In this document: in pieces, positions 21,250-30,649 of the stretch
Layout of the letters: each line of letters opens with the position of its first letter
Numbering within the stretch: the first letter of the stretch is position 1
NCBI GenBank assembly: GCA_009842675.1
Contig: VYEX01000062.1
Span: forward strand, 102,295 to 166,294
Length of the DNA: 64,000 nt
DNA from: Acidimicrobiia bacterium
Lineage (GTDB): Bacteria; Actinomycetota; Acidimicrobiia; Acidimicrobiales; Bin134
Direction: 5' to 3'
The notes under the pieces: model-generated
What the model saw: the letters and a program-made list of their open reading frames with translations, nothing else
The model's database searches: none
Told to the model about the DNA's origin: nothing
Program-made: the position numbers and the translations under genes

Positions 21250-22038
21250 ATGCCGATAGCCAAAATCCGCGACCTCGACCTCTACTTCGAGCTGCACGGG
21301 TCGGGGCCGCCCCTGCTCAATATCAGCGGTAGCGGCGGCGACTTGCGCATGACCGCTCCCGACCTGAATCCGCTCAACTCGGCCTTCACCGTGGCCCACT
21401 ATGACCAACGGGGATTGGGCCAAACATCTACACCGCCAATGCCGTGGTCTATGGCCGACTACGCCGCCGATGCCATCGCCTTCCTGGACTTCCTGGGCTG
21501 GGACTCGGTGCCGATGGTGGGCACCAGCTTCGGTGGGATGGTGGGCATGAACATGGCCGTGCTGCATCCGGGGCGCATCAGCAAACTGGTGCTCAACTGC
21601 ACTTCACCGGGCGGACCCGACTACAGCTCGTGGCCCCTGCACACCCTGGCCGACCTGGACCCCGACGAACGGGGCGAGGTTGCGTTAGAGATCATGGATA
21701 CCCGCTATGAGCGGGGCGGCCCGCTGCCGCCTGGTGTGGAGGTATTCGTGGCCAACGCCCGGCCCGACGGCCCAGCCCTGCCGCTCAACACTCCCGGTGC
21801 CCTCGGGCAGCTCGAAGCCCGCCGGGGCCACGATGTGGTGGACCGCCTCGGCGAGATCGACGTGCCCACCCTGGTGTGCGCCGGCGTCCATGACGGCATA
21901 GCACCGATGCGCAACAGCGAACTGCTGCGCGATCGCATCCCCGGTGCCCGCCTGGCCACCTTCGACGGCGGTCACATCTTCATGGTGCAAGACCCCACCG
22001 CCTACCCAACCATCCTGGAATTCCTCGCGGAGGACTGA
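21250..22038 (+). CDS. alpha/beta hydrolase fold protein
   Basis: Contains HGSGPPLLNISG...VGTSFGGMVG (GxSxG-like elbow)...GGHIFMVQDP. Start taken at the second Met. Confidence 0.7.
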   Translation: MPIAKIRDLDLYFELHGSGPPLLNISGSGGDLRMTAPDLNPLNSAFTVAHYDQRGLGQTSTPPMPWSMADYAADAIAFLDFLGWDSVPMVGTSFGGMVGMNMAVLHPGRISKLVLNCTSPGGPDYSSWPLHTLADLDPDERGEVALEIMDTRYERGGPLPPGVEVFVANARPDGPALPLNTPGALGQLEARRGHDVVDRLGEIDVPTLVCAGVHDGIAPMRNSELLRDRIPGARLATFDGGHIFMVQDPTAYPTILEFLAED

Positions 22039-22066
22039 GTGATGGCTTTCGCTCTACCGTGGTGAG

Positions 22067-22597
22067 GTGGACCGGGAGCGGGCGTTACGGACTCTGGGGC
22101 TCAAAAAGGGAGCCCGGGCCGATGACATCAACCGGGCCTACCGCGCGCTGATCCGCCAGGCCCACCCCGATGCCGGGGGCAGCACCGCAGTGGCCGCCCG
22201 CATCACTGAGGCCTATCACTGGCTCCAGAGGGCCGGCACCCAGTCTCCTCCCCCGCCAACGCCTCCTCAGCCTGATCAACCCTCTCCCGCCACAACCGAT
22301 GACAGCATGACGCTGCTGCTCCCACCCGGTGACGTGTTCATCCGGTTGGTGGAAGCCGGACACCAGCTGGGCGAGGTGAGCTACATCGACCGCGACGCCG
22401 GCATCGTCCAGGTGACATTCACCGCCGATAACGGCGTTGTATGCCAGTTGGCCGCCACGGTTGTGACCGGTGGCAGCGCTACCTCCCGTGGCGACGCACG
22501 AGTCGAATTTACTCTCGATCCCCTGGCCAGTGGACTAGCACCTCCCATCGAGAGCGTGGTCAACCGACTAGCCAGAATGATGGTCAGCTCAGGTTGA
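22067..22597 (+). CDS. J-domain (DnaJ-like) protein with Pro-rich linker and an uncharacterised C-terminal domain
   Basis: The N-terminus LGLKKGARADDINRAYRALIRQAHPDAGG carries the HPD tripeptide. A SPPPPTPPQPDQPSP linker and about 100 aa of unknown sequence follow. Confidence 0.65.
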   Translation: MDRERALRTLGLKKGARADDINRAYRALIRQAHPDAGGSTAVAARITEAYHWLQRAGTQSPPPPTPPQPDQPSPATTDDSMTLLLPPGDVFIRLVEAGHQLGEVSYIDRDAGIVQVTFTADNGVVCQLAATVVTGGSATSRGDARVEFTLDPLASGLAPPIESVVNRLARMMVSSG

Positions 22598-23681
22598 ACA
22601 CCGTCCGAATGCCGATGCTGGCGCGGAGGTCGTCGAGGCCGGCGTTGATCTCATCTATGGGGCGGCGGGCAGTGATCATGGGCTCGAGGTCGAGGCGTCC
22701 GTTCTGCCACAGGGCCAGCAGGCGGGGAACCTCTCGCTGGGAGTTGCAGCCGCCGAACAGACAGCCGAGCAGCTTCTTCTCGGCGGTTAGGTACATCACT
22801 GCCGGGTTGATGGTCACCGTGTGCTCCAGAGCGGGCGCGCCCACCATCACCGTGGTGCCGCCGTTGCGAGTGGCGGCCAGCCCGGCTTCCACCAGCGGGC
22901 CGGCTCCGGCGGCGTCGAAGGCGTAATCAACCCCGATGCCGCTGGTGGCCTCCTGCACGTGGGTCACCACGTCGGTCTCATTCGGATCGAGCAGATCAGT
23001 GGCCCCGAAGGCCACCGCGGCATTTCGGCGGTCGGCCACCGGATCAGAGGCGAAGATACGGGACGCACCGGCCAGGCGGGCACCCTGCACCACCGACATA
23101 CCGACACCGCCCAGACCCATTACCAGCACAGTGGCCCCTTCTTCCACCTTGGCGGTGTTGAGCACCGCGCCGACGCCAGTCTGAATGGCGCAGCCGATCA
23201 CTGCGGCCACTTCCAAGGGCACGTCAGGGTCTATCTTCACTGCGGCCGATTCGGCCACCATGGTCAGCTCTCCGAATCCGGCTACCCCCAGGCCTCGATA
23301 CACCGGCTGGCCATCCATTGAGAAGGGAATCGAGCCGTCGGGCATGGTGCCCATGAACATGGACGAAGCCGCCGCGCACAGAGTCATTTCTCCCCGAACG
23401 CACCAGTAGCACGTCCCGCACGGCCCGAATGGCGACAGCATCACATGATCGCCCGGAGCCAGTGTGCCCACTCCGGGGCCCACCGCGTCAACGATTCCGG
23501 CCGCCTCGTGGCCCAAGATGATCGGGGTCATCATCTCGGGAGCGTCGATCATGGTCAGATCGGAATGGCACAGGCCGCAGTGGGTGACCTGCACCCGCAC
23601 CTGCCCCGGTCCGGGGTCGACGCAATGCACATCAGCCATCACCAATGGTGAGGCCGGCGATGCCAGCAGTGCTGCCCTCAT
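22584..23681 (-). CDS. zinc-dependent alcohol dehydrogenase family protein
   Basis: Contains GLCHSDL...GHEAAGIV...CGTCYWC and the GLGGVG Rossmann motif. Start trimmed to MRAALLASP. Confidence 0.85.
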   Translation of the reverse strand: MRAALLASPASPLVMADVHCVDPGPGQVRVQVTHCGLCHSDLTMIDAPEMMTPIILGHEAAGIVDAVGPGVGTLAPGDHVMLSPFGPCGTCYWCVRGEMTLCAAASSMFMGTMPDGSIPFSMDGQPVYRGLGVAGFGELTMVAESAAVKIDPDVPLEVAAVIGCAIQTGVGAVLNTAKVEEGATVLVMGLGGVGMSVVQGARLAGASRIFASDPVADRRNAAVAFGATDLLDPNETDVVTHVQEATSGIGVDYAFDAAGAGPLVEAGLAATRNGGTTVMVGAPALEHTVTINPAVMYLTAEKKLLGCLFGGCNSQREVPRLLALWQNGRLDLEPMITARRPIDEINAGLDDLRASIGIRTVFNLS

Positions 23682-23700
23682 GGAAACCTCTCTTCTGGGT

Positions 23701-24459
23701 CTATTTCTTGCCGGCCTTCCAGCCGGTGGTGGCACCGGAAACCATGCCGTATGGCCCCGAAGGCCACCGGAAGCAATCCACCATGAGCTGGTCGACTTCT
23801 TCCCTGCTGGCCACCCCCTCGGCCACCACTGCGTTGGCCTCCCGGATCATGGCTCCGTACACCCGGTTGGTGACGTAGCCCCAGCTCATAGCCGAGTCTT
23901 TGATCACCACCGGATTCTTGCCCGCGGCGGCGGCCAGACGGCAGATGGTCTCGGTGGTCTCGTCGGAGGTCTGAGGGGCCCGAACGATCTCGGCCAGCTT
24001 CATGACCGGCGGCGGCGATGCCCAGTGCCATCCGATCACCCGATCGGCCCGGTCGGTGGCAACCGCCAGGGCCTGCACCGGATACCCGCTGGAATTGGAC
24101 GCCAAGATGGTGTGTTCGGGGCACTGCTGATCGAGGTCGCGGAACAGCTCGATCTTGAGGTCGAGCCGCTCGGGTACCGCCTCGATGATTACATCGACGG
24201 CCGCAGCGGCATCCCGGTCGGTGGTGAAATTGATACGGGCCAGCGCCGCCTCGGCCTCATCATCGGTCATCTTTCCCCGGGCCACCGCCCCTTGGATACC
24301 GAACCTGCCTTCGGCCACCAGACCGGGCGCAGCCGCAACAATGTTGGGATCGATGTCGTAAGCCACCACCGGGTGGCCAGCAATGGCCATCACTTGAGCG
24401 ATGCCCGAGCCCATCACCCCCGAGCCGATGACCCCGATTGTCTCTTGGCCGGCGGTCAC
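23701..24459 (-). CDS. 3-hydroxyacyl-CoA dehydrogenase family protein
   Basis: Contains IGVIGSGVMGSGIAQV...IEAVPERLDLKIELF...SNSSG...HWASPPPVMKLAEIV. The GTG start overlaps the upstream stop (GTGA). Confidence 0.8.
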   Translation of the reverse strand: MTAGQETIGVIGSGVMGSGIAQVMAIAGHPVVAYDIDPNIVAAAPGLVAEGRFGIQGAVARGKMTDDEAEAALARINFTTDRDAAAAVDVIIEAVPERLDLKIELFRDLDQQCPEHTILASNSSGYPVQALAVATDRADRVIGWHWASPPPVMKLAEIVRAPQTSDETTETICRLAAAAGKNPVVIKDSAMSWGYVTNRVYGAMIREANAVVAEGVASREEVDQLMVDCFRWPSGPYGMVSGATTGWKAGKK

Positions 24460-25172
24460 GACAGATGCGTGCCGAACCAGGCCGCCATGCGGGACCAGCC
24501 GTCGGCCGCAGCGTCGGCGTTGTACGACGGACGCTCATCACACAAGAACCCGTGGTCGGCCTCCGCGTAGCGCACGATATCGGTGGGCTGGGCGTTGCCC
24601 TCGAGGTCGGACCGAAGCTGTTCGACACCCTCGACGGGGATCATGCCGTCGAGATCACCGAACAGGCCCAACCAGGGGCACTGGAGGTCGCCGTGGCGGT
24701 CTGCCAGCTTGGGCATGCCTGGGGTAAAGCCGTCGGTGACGATGGCCCCGCCGTAGTAGGTGACCGCCGCGCCCACCGGGCGGCTGATGGCGGTTAGGAA
24801 CGTCACCCGGCCACCCATGCAGAATCCGGTGATGCCCACTTTGTCGGAGGAGATTCCCTGGCCGGCCAGGTAGCCGAGGGCGGCGTCCACGTCCATCAGC
24901 GAATGATCGTCGAGGAGGTTGCCCATCATCTCGAAAATCTTGTCCATCTCGTCGTAGCCGGCCAGGTTGTTCTCATAGCGGTGATACAAGTCGGGGGCCA
25001 CCGCCAGATAGCCCTCGGCTGCCAACCGCCGGGTCACGTCCTCGATATGGCCATTAAGCCCGAAGGCCTCCATGATGACGATGACCGCAGCTTGCGGCTC
25101 GCCATCGGGCCGGGCGACGTACAGCCTCATCGGGCCGTCGGCAGTGGAGAGTTCTACGTTCTCAGTTTGCAT
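24456..25172 (-). CDS. dienelactone hydrolase family protein
   Basis: 238 aa. Contains VIVIMEAFGLN...GITGFCMGGRV...ADHGF. Confidence 0.75.
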   Translation of the reverse strand: MQTENVELSTADGPMRLYVARPDGEPQAAVIVIMEAFGLNGHIEDVTRRLAAEGYLAVAPDLYHRYENNLAGYDEMDKIFEMMGNLLDDHSLMDVDAALGYLAGQGISSDKVGITGFCMGGRVTFLTAISRPVGAAVTYYGGAIVTDGFTPGMPKLADRHGDLQCPWLGLFGDLDGMIPVEGVEQLRSDLEGNAQPTDIVRYAEADHGFLCDERPSYNADAAADGWSRMAAWFGTHLS

Positions 25173-25243
25173 GCCAGCCGATGGTAGTTCTCAGTCTGGA
25201 TGATTGGCCCAGTAGCGGACCGCAGAATCCAAGGACGATCGCG

Positions 25244-25798
25244 TTACCCCGGGCGAGGGGCATAGACCGGATCAGATCGATCACGGCTACCTCGCAGGAA
25301 CCGCTCGTCAAAAGGCCGAAACTGCTCTTCTCGGACCCACTCTGTGGTAGCCACTCGCCGCGAGATGAGCCAAGGGCCGTCACCTCGCCGGCACACGTCG
25401 TCGATGAACCGGAAGCCCACCGACAGGTTTAGCTCGGGCGGGCCGCCCTCGGTCCAGTGGCGGGCAATGCCATGGGCTTCGGAGCGAGCCCACCGCACGA
25501 TCCCCTCGCCAGCCGAGGCCACCGGGTCTGGTTCGACTTCTATAAGCACGTTCAACACGGTGTGGACCGTGCCGGTGTAACGACGCAGCAGCCGCTCGCT
25601 CCACACCAGATACTCGTCCACGGTGCCCTCGAAGGTGCCGTGGGAATCGGTGGCATCGGGGTGGTAGCACGAGCGGACTAGCTCCATGTCGAGGCGATCC
25701 ACGCCCCGGCAATACCGATAGAGCAGTTCGGTGATCTCCTGCTTGGCCAGAAGATCAGCCATCTCCCCCTGGTTGTCTGATGCACCCACGTCTGCCAT
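25244..25798 (-). CDS. SnoaL-like / NTF2-fold protein
   Basis: Contains EITELLYRYCRGVDRLDMELVRSCYHPDATDSHG..., a SnoaL_4-like pattern. Trimmed to ATG 25798, because the upstream part of ORF 25244..26212 is antisense to the DUF2510 gene. Confidence 0.65.
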   Translation of the reverse strand: MADVGASDNQGEMADLLAKQEITELLYRYCRGVDRLDMELVRSCYHPDATDSHGTFEGTVDEYLVWSERLLRRYTGTVHTVLNVLIEVEPDPVASAGEGIVRWARSEAHGIARHWTEGGPPELNLSVGFRFIDDVCRRGDGPWLISRRVATTEWVREEQFRPFDERFLRGSRDRSDPVYAPRPG

Positions 25799-25879
25799 TT
25801 TGCATCGCGGCCAGCTGATTCGCAGCGATTCAAGCCAGCATATTTGCAGCTTCACTCGTGTGGTTAGACTCAGCGCGAG

Positions 25880-26185
25880 GTGGCTGCGAACCCCGAGCCC
25901 GATGCCGCATGGCACACCGACCCGTTTGGACGGCATGAGGCCCGTTGGTGGAACGGCGCAAAGTGGACCGAGAAAGTCCGCGACGGAGAGCAGACCGGCA
26001 TCGACCCGCCCGGTATCGCAGTTGCCCCCCAGGGGATCCCTCTCAACGAACCGGCTTCCCCCATTCCCGGGCGGCGCATGATCCGACTGTTCGGCCGGCG
26101 GCTGCCCGGCGCCATGCTGTTGTCGTCGGTAGCCCTCGTCGCGGTGATCGTGCTGGTGATCGTGGTCGTAGCTGTTTTGATCTAG
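25880..26185 (+). CDS. DUF2510 domain membrane protein
   Basis: WHTDPFGRHEARWWNGAKWTEKV matches the DUF2510 motif (W..DP.G....RWWDG..WT). The C-terminus is a hydrophobic helix, LLSSVALVAVIVLVIVVVAVLI. Confidence 0.65.
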   Translation: MAANPEPDAAWHTDPFGRHEARWWNGAKWTEKVRDGEQTGIDPPGIAVAPQGIPLNEPASPIPGRRMIRLFGRRLPGAMLLSSVALVAVIVLVIVVVAVLI

Positions 26186-26232
26186 CGGCCCCAACAACTT
26201 TCTGATCAGCAACTGCCGATAGTGTCCTGCCC

Positions 26233-26976
26233 GTGGCCAACAGAGAGATCATCCTCCACGAATACGTAGACATCACCGGCCAGGCGGCATGGCCGTATAT
26301 GGAGCACATTAAGATCCAGAACCGCGACGCCCGAGTCGGCTTCGAGCTGCTCGGCACTTGGTACACCATGGGTATCACCGCCCGCTGGCCCCAAGTTGTC
26401 AATCTGTGGGATTCCGGCGGTTGGGACGGCTGGTTGGAGCGGGTAGACCGACTCAATCTCAAACGGAAATCCAACGACCTGCTCGACGAGTGGTGGGAAG
26501 AGGCCTACAAGCTCCGCACAGGAGGATACGACCGGATTCTGGGTTCGGTGCCCGAGTCACCCCCGGTTGCGTCCGTGTTCGCCGGAGAGGTGCGGGGCAC
26601 GCTGTTCATTCACGAGCTGACTGAGGTGCGTCCAGGATCGGCCCGGGACTATCTGGCCGCCATGGCCAACGACTACCTGCCCGCCGCGGCCGACTACGGC
26701 TACACCTGCATGGGCCTTTGGGAAGTTCTGCATCACGACTACGAGGTGTGCACCGTGTGGGCTGCTTCCCCTGAGGCCTATATCCGATTGAACAAGGCCG
26801 CCGACGCAGCCAGTGGATTCGACGAGGGGGTTGACGGCGATGACCGGTTGGTGGCGTGGCGGGCCACGGCCCAGCAGTTCACCACCCGGTTTCGGGAGGA
26901 GCTGATGACTCCGGCCCCCGGCACGCTCACCGGGCCTGAGGCCTACGAAGACGACACCTACATCAATCGTTCGTAG
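26233..26976 (+). CDS. hypothetical protein, two NIPSNAP-like (dimeric alpha/beta barrel) repeats
   Basis: Two roughly 100-aa halves with a similar pattern (ILHEYVDI...GTWYTM...NLWD and LFIHELTEV...GLWEVL...TVWA). The family assignment is tentative. Confidence 0.4.
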   Translation: MANREIILHEYVDITGQAAWPYMEHIKIQNRDARVGFELLGTWYTMGITARWPQVVNLWDSGGWDGWLERVDRLNLKRKSNDLLDEWWEEAYKLRTGGYDRILGSVPESPPVASVFAGEVRGTLFIHELTEVRPGSARDYLAAMANDYLPAAADYGYTCMGLWEVLHHDYEVCTVWAASPEAYIRLNKAADAASGFDEGVDGDDRLVAWRATAQQFTTRFREELMTPAPGTLTGPEAYEDDTYINRS

Positions 26977-27005
26977 GGAGACACAGGAAGAGAGGAGCAT
27001 CAAAT

Positions 27006-28130
27006 ATGCGGGGCATCCTTTTCGACGGCGAGGCAGCACTAGTAGTCGACGGGCTGGGGACAACCGACCTTGAGCCCGACCAGGTTCGGGTGCGCATCGG
27101 CGCCGCGGGGGTATGCCACTCCGACGTCTCGGTGGTCAACGGCACGTTCGGACAGATGTTCTCTCCTCCATTTGTGATGGGCCACGAGGGTGCCGGCCAG
27201 GTGGTGGCCGTGGGCAGCGACGTGACCACCGTCGAGGTCGGAGACCATGTGGTGATCGCCACCATCGACAATTGCGGACGCTGCTCGGTGTGTGCCACCG
27301 GCCATCCCACCCTGTGCCAGACCTCCAAGTTGGGAGCGGCCATCGCCAAGCGCAACGAGACCGGCGAGGAGCCCGGCCCCGGCGACCTCCCCGCCTATTT
27401 CACCTACCAGGGTGAGGAGATCATGGGGTTCGCCAACACCGGCGTGTTCGCTGAAGAAGTGGTGGTGGGACAAGGCCAGGTGGTGGCCATCGACAAGCGG
27501 GTGCCGTTCACCAGCGCCTGCCTCATCGGCTGCGGCGTGCTCACTGGCACCGGCGCCATCTTCAACCGGGCTCAGGTGTACCGGGGCGACTCTGTGGCAG
27601 TGATCGGCGTGGGCGGCATCGGCCTCAATGTGATCCAAGCCGCCCGAATCGCCGGAGCAACCAAGATCATCGCGGTCGACAACAACCCAGCCAAGGAGGG
27701 CTTTGCCCGTCAATTCGGCGCCACCCACTTCGTGGACTCGGGAAATAACCCCGCCGTCGATACCGTGCGGGAGATCTCCGGGGGCGGGGTGGGCTGCTCA
27801 GTGGAATGCGTGGGGAACACTTCGCTGATGGTCGACGCGGTGGAGATGTTGGGCCCCGGCGGCAACATGGTGATCTTGGGGGTGGCTGGAATGGATGCGG
27901 TGATGGAGCTCGCCCCGTTCAAGCTCTACCAGAACAAGTCGATCATGGGGTGCCGCTACGGATCGTCCCGGCCCGCCTTCGACATTCCCGCTCTGGTGGA
28001 CCTGTACCTCGACGGCCGACTGCTGCTGGACGAGCTGGTTTCAGCCACCTACGACCTTGCCGAACTCGACAAGGCGTTCGACGATCTCGAGGCTGGGAAA
28101 CTGGCCCGAGGTGTGCTCGATTTGAGCTGA
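27006..28130 (+). CDS. zinc-dependent alcohol dehydrogenase family protein
   Basis: Contains GVCHSDV...GHEGAGQV...CGRCSVC...GVGGIGLNVIQ. Confidence 0.85.
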   Translation: MRGILFDGEAALVVDGLGTTDLEPDQVRVRIGAAGVCHSDVSVVNGTFGQMFSPPFVMGHEGAGQVVAVGSDVTTVEVGDHVVIATIDNCGRCSVCATGHPTLCQTSKLGAAIAKRNETGEEPGPGDLPAYFTYQGEEIMGFANTGVFAEEVVVGQGQVVAIDKRVPFTSACLIGCGVLTGTGAIFNRAQVYRGDSVAVIGVGGIGLNVIQAARIAGATKIIAVDNNPAKEGFARQFGATHFVDSGNNPAVDTVREISGGGVGCSVECVGNTSLMVDAVEMLGPGGNMVILGVAGMDAVMELAPFKLYQNKSIMGCRYGSSRPAFDIPALVDLYLDGRLLLDELVSATYDLAELDKAFDDLEAGKLARGVLDLS

Positions 28131-28133
28131 GTG

Positions 28134-29300
28134 TCAGGCCGCCGGCGTCTCGGTGATGTCGGCGTCGAGGTCCAAGTCGAAGTACTTGGCCGGATTTTCC
28201 AGCAGCACCTTGCGAGAGATCGTCTCGTCCACCTTGGTGAAGTTCTCCTCAATGAACTCCTGGGAGTCGGGAAACGACCCCACCGAGTGGGGGAAGTCAG
28301 TTCCCCACATGATGTTGTCCCACGGGATGATGTCGACCATGTCGAACACCACCGGGTCGCGGATCACGCTGAAGTGGAAGTGGTCGAGTACCTGCTCGCT
28401 GGGTTTGCGCTCGTACTTCACCTTGAACCAATCGCCGAACAGGTCGTAGTTGTCGTCCATGAAGTAGAGCGTGCCCGGCAGCCAACTGGCGTTGGTCTCG
28501 GCGAAGTAGAACTTGATTTCCGGGAACCGCTCCAGCACGCCGGCAGCGATGAGCTGGGCCATGCAGTACACCGGGGAGTGGCTGCCAGCCCGCTGCACCA
28601 GGGCGCTGGCCCATGGGCTGTCGGACGTGCCCTTGGCTGCCGATTGCAGCGGAGCCTGACCTGCACCGAAGCCGAAATGCGGGGCCAGCTTGAGGCCCAG
28701 CTCCAGGCTCTTCTCCCAGAACCGGTCGTCCACCGGGTCGGCATAGGGGCTCCCGTTGGGGAAGTTGTAAAACGCCACGGAAGGCAGGCCGGCCTCGGCC
28801 ACGAACTCCAGTTCCTCTACCGCGTGGTCGATGTTGGTTATGGGGGTGACCGCGTTGCCAATCAGCCGGTCGGGGGCCACCGAGCAATAGTCGTGAGCCA
28901 AGAAGGTGTTGTAGGCCCGGATCATCGAGCGGTACACATCGGGGTCTTTGATTCCCTCGAGGAACCGGCTGGCAAACACCGGAGGGAACAGCACCTCGGC
29001 ATCGATGCCGTCGAGGTCTTGCTCCCGGAGGCGCTGCTCTGCGGGGCCAGCTCCCTCGGCCGGGCTGCCGTCGGCGTTGAAGTAGGTGCCGCCGGAGAAT
29101 TTCACCTTGTCGCGCCCGGCGATGTTCTGGCCGTTGCGAAGCAGGGGCTGACCCTCGATGAGCCATCCCTCTCCCCCTTCGGGAAGGTGGATGAGGCGGG
29201 GAGCTCTGTCCTTCCACCTTTCGGGGACGTACTTCACGAATACGTCGGGCGGCGTCTCCACATGCCCATCAGCGCTGATTACCTTGTACTTTCGGCCCAT
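28134..29300 (-). CDS. amidohydrolase_2 (ACMSD/metal-dependent hydrolase) family protein
   Basis: Contains VISADGHVETPP...WGTDFPHS, typical of the PF04909-type TIM-barrel hydrolases/decarboxylases. Confidence 0.75.
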   Translation of the reverse strand: MGRKYKVISADGHVETPPDVFVKYVPERWKDRAPRLIHLPEGGEGWLIEGQPLLRNGQNIAGRDKVKFSGGTYFNADGSPAEGAGPAEQRLREQDLDGIDAEVLFPPVFASRFLEGIKDPDVYRSMIRAYNTFLAHDYCSVAPDRLIGNAVTPITNIDHAVEELEFVAEAGLPSVAFYNFPNGSPYADPVDDRFWEKSLELGLKLAPHFGFGAGQAPLQSAAKGTSDSPWASALVQRAGSHSPVYCMAQLIAAGVLERFPEIKFYFAETNASWLPGTLYFMDDNYDLFGDWFKVKYERKPSEQVLDHFHFSVIRDPVVFDMVDIIPWDNIMWGTDFPHSVGSFPDSQEFIEENFTKVDETISRKVLLENPAKYFDLDLDADITETPAA

Positions 29301-29337
29301 GGACGGAGCTTATTCGGACCGGACGGAGTCGATAAAA

Positions 29338-30633
29338 GTGGGGAAGAAACCCCGAGGGGCTCGGGGCGCCTCAGTAGCGCTTGCCCTTTTGATGGCTTTG
29401 ACGCTGATGGCGGCCGGATGCTCCTCAGATGATGACGAGAGCCCTCCGGCCGCGGCCCCTACCGAGGCTCCGGCACCCGAACCGGAGCCAACCCCCGCTC
29501 CCACGGAGGCGCCGGCATCCACACCCGCTCCCACAGAAGCACCCGCTCCGGAGCCTGAGCCGACTGCGGCACCCGAGCCGAAGCCCACCCCAGCACCCAC
29601 ACCAGACCCGACACCCGAGCCGGAGCCAGTGCCGCTGGTCGCGCTCACCGAATTTGGTGAGTTCCCGGTTGGGGTAATGACCTTGGAGTTAGGAGAGGAG
29701 CCCGGCCAGCAGCCCCTTTCCGTCTGGTATCCCGCTGATTCAGAAGCGGTGGCTGGTATGGAAACCGAGATCTACGACTCTTCCCAAATCATCCCGGAAG
29801 CATTCCGATCCCTGATTCCCGACAGCATGCAGGGAGCGGTTGAGACCAATTCCTATCGCGACGCACCGCTGGCCGATGGGAGCACTTATCCGGTGGTGAT
29901 CTATAGCCACGGGTTTGGAGGCCACCGGGATGTTGCCATCTTCTTGACCACTCATATGGCTTCGCACGGCATCGTGGTCGCATCCCCTGAGCACATCCAC
30001 AGGAATCTGCCCGCCCAGGCCTTTGGTACCGCAGAGTCCAGTCCTGAGAAAGATCAGGCTGACGTGGCCAATACGCTGACAGCCCTTGACGCCGTGTTCG
30101 GCGACAGCGCCGACACCACCAGGGTGGGGATCATCGGCCACTCCGCCGGCGCCAGAACCGCTCTGAACGCATTGGCCAACGAGGCTGTATTGGCCGCCAT
30201 TCCCCTGGCTGGTGGCGGTACTGCTCCCCCCGAGGCCGCCGACAAACCGATCCTGGTGATAGTGGCAGAATTGGATCTCACCGTGCCCACCGAGAACAGC
30301 CTGGCCAGCTATGACTCAGCCCCCGGGCCTCGAACATTCGTGAATCTGGCTCAGGCAGGCCACAACAGCTTCACCGATAGCTGCCCCGTCATCCTCGCGG
30401 GAGGTGGACTGGGCGTGCTCGAGCCTCTTCTTGGGGCTGAACAAGTGGCACGGGCTGAAGACGGCTGCATGCCCCAATATGCCGATCCTCTGGCCATGCA
30501 GGCGGCCCTCAAACACCTGGCAACATCATTCTTCTTGTCAAACCTGACCGACCGCATCGATGCTGCTGTCACCCCTGAATTCGCCGACCTCATCGATGGT
30601 GTCGAATTGGCCGACTATCGAGAAGCAGGCTGA
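29338..30633 (+). CDS. secreted lipoprotein, alpha/beta hydrolase (PAF-acetylhydrolase/dienelactone-hydrolase-like) with Pro/Thr/Glu-rich linker
   Basis: A signal peptide plus lipobox LMAAGC is followed by a PT-rich linker. The catalytic domain has YSHGFGG and the elbow GHSAGA. Start placed at GTG 29338, because the upstream ATG 29299 would overlap the divergent gene's start codon. Confidence 0.7.
   Translation: MGKKPRGARGASVALALLMALTLMAAGCSSDDDESPPAAAPTEAPAPEPEPTPAPTEAPASTPAPTEAPAPEPEPTAAPEPKPTPAPTPDPTPEPEPVPLVALTEFGEFPVGVMTLELGEEPGQQPLSVWYPADSEAVAGMETEIYDSSQIIPEAFRSLIPDSMQGAVETNSYRDAPLADGSTYPVVIYSHGFGGHRDVAIFLTTHMASHGIVVASPEHIHRNLPAQAFGTAESSPEKDQADVANTLTALDAVFGDSADTTRVGIIGHSAGARTALNALANEAVLAAIPLAGGGTAPPEAADKPILVIVAELDLTVPTENSLASYDSAPGPRTFVNLAQAGHNSFTDSCPVILAGGGLGVLEPLLGAEQVARAEDGCMPQYADPLAMQAALKHLATSFFLSNLTDRIDAAVTPEFADLIDGVELADYREAG
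29441..29636 (+). repeat. coding low-complexity Pro/Thr/Glu/Ala linker with internal APTEAPAPEPEPT repeat
   Basis: The translation reads PPAAAPTEAPAPEPEPTPAPTEAPASTPAPTEAPAPEPEPTAAPEPKPTPAPTPDPTPEPEPVP. Confidence 0.7.
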
Positions 30634-30649
30634 CCAGGCACAGCCAAAC

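Noticed and set aside
25244-26212. A 322-aa ORF taken as a single protein.
   Set aside because: Only the C-terminal 184 aa (from ATG 25798) has a SnoaL-like sequence. The N-terminal part is low-complexity and antisense to a DUF2510 gene with a clear motif and a TM helix.
29299-29301. ATG 29299 as the start of the lipoprotein hydrolase.
   Set aside because: It would overlap the start codon of the divergent amidohydrolase (29300) base for base, leaving no promoter space. GTG 29338, preceded by GGAG, gives a normal signal peptide (KKPRGARG...LMAAGC).
29441-29636. Tandem-repeat, CRISPR-like or mobile-element signal in the Pro/Thr/Glu-rich stretches (also 44290-44420).
   Set aside because: The repeats are at the protein level and are diverged at the DNA level. 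They lie inside ORFs between a signal peptide or TM helix and a globular domain, so they are ordinary extracellular linkers.
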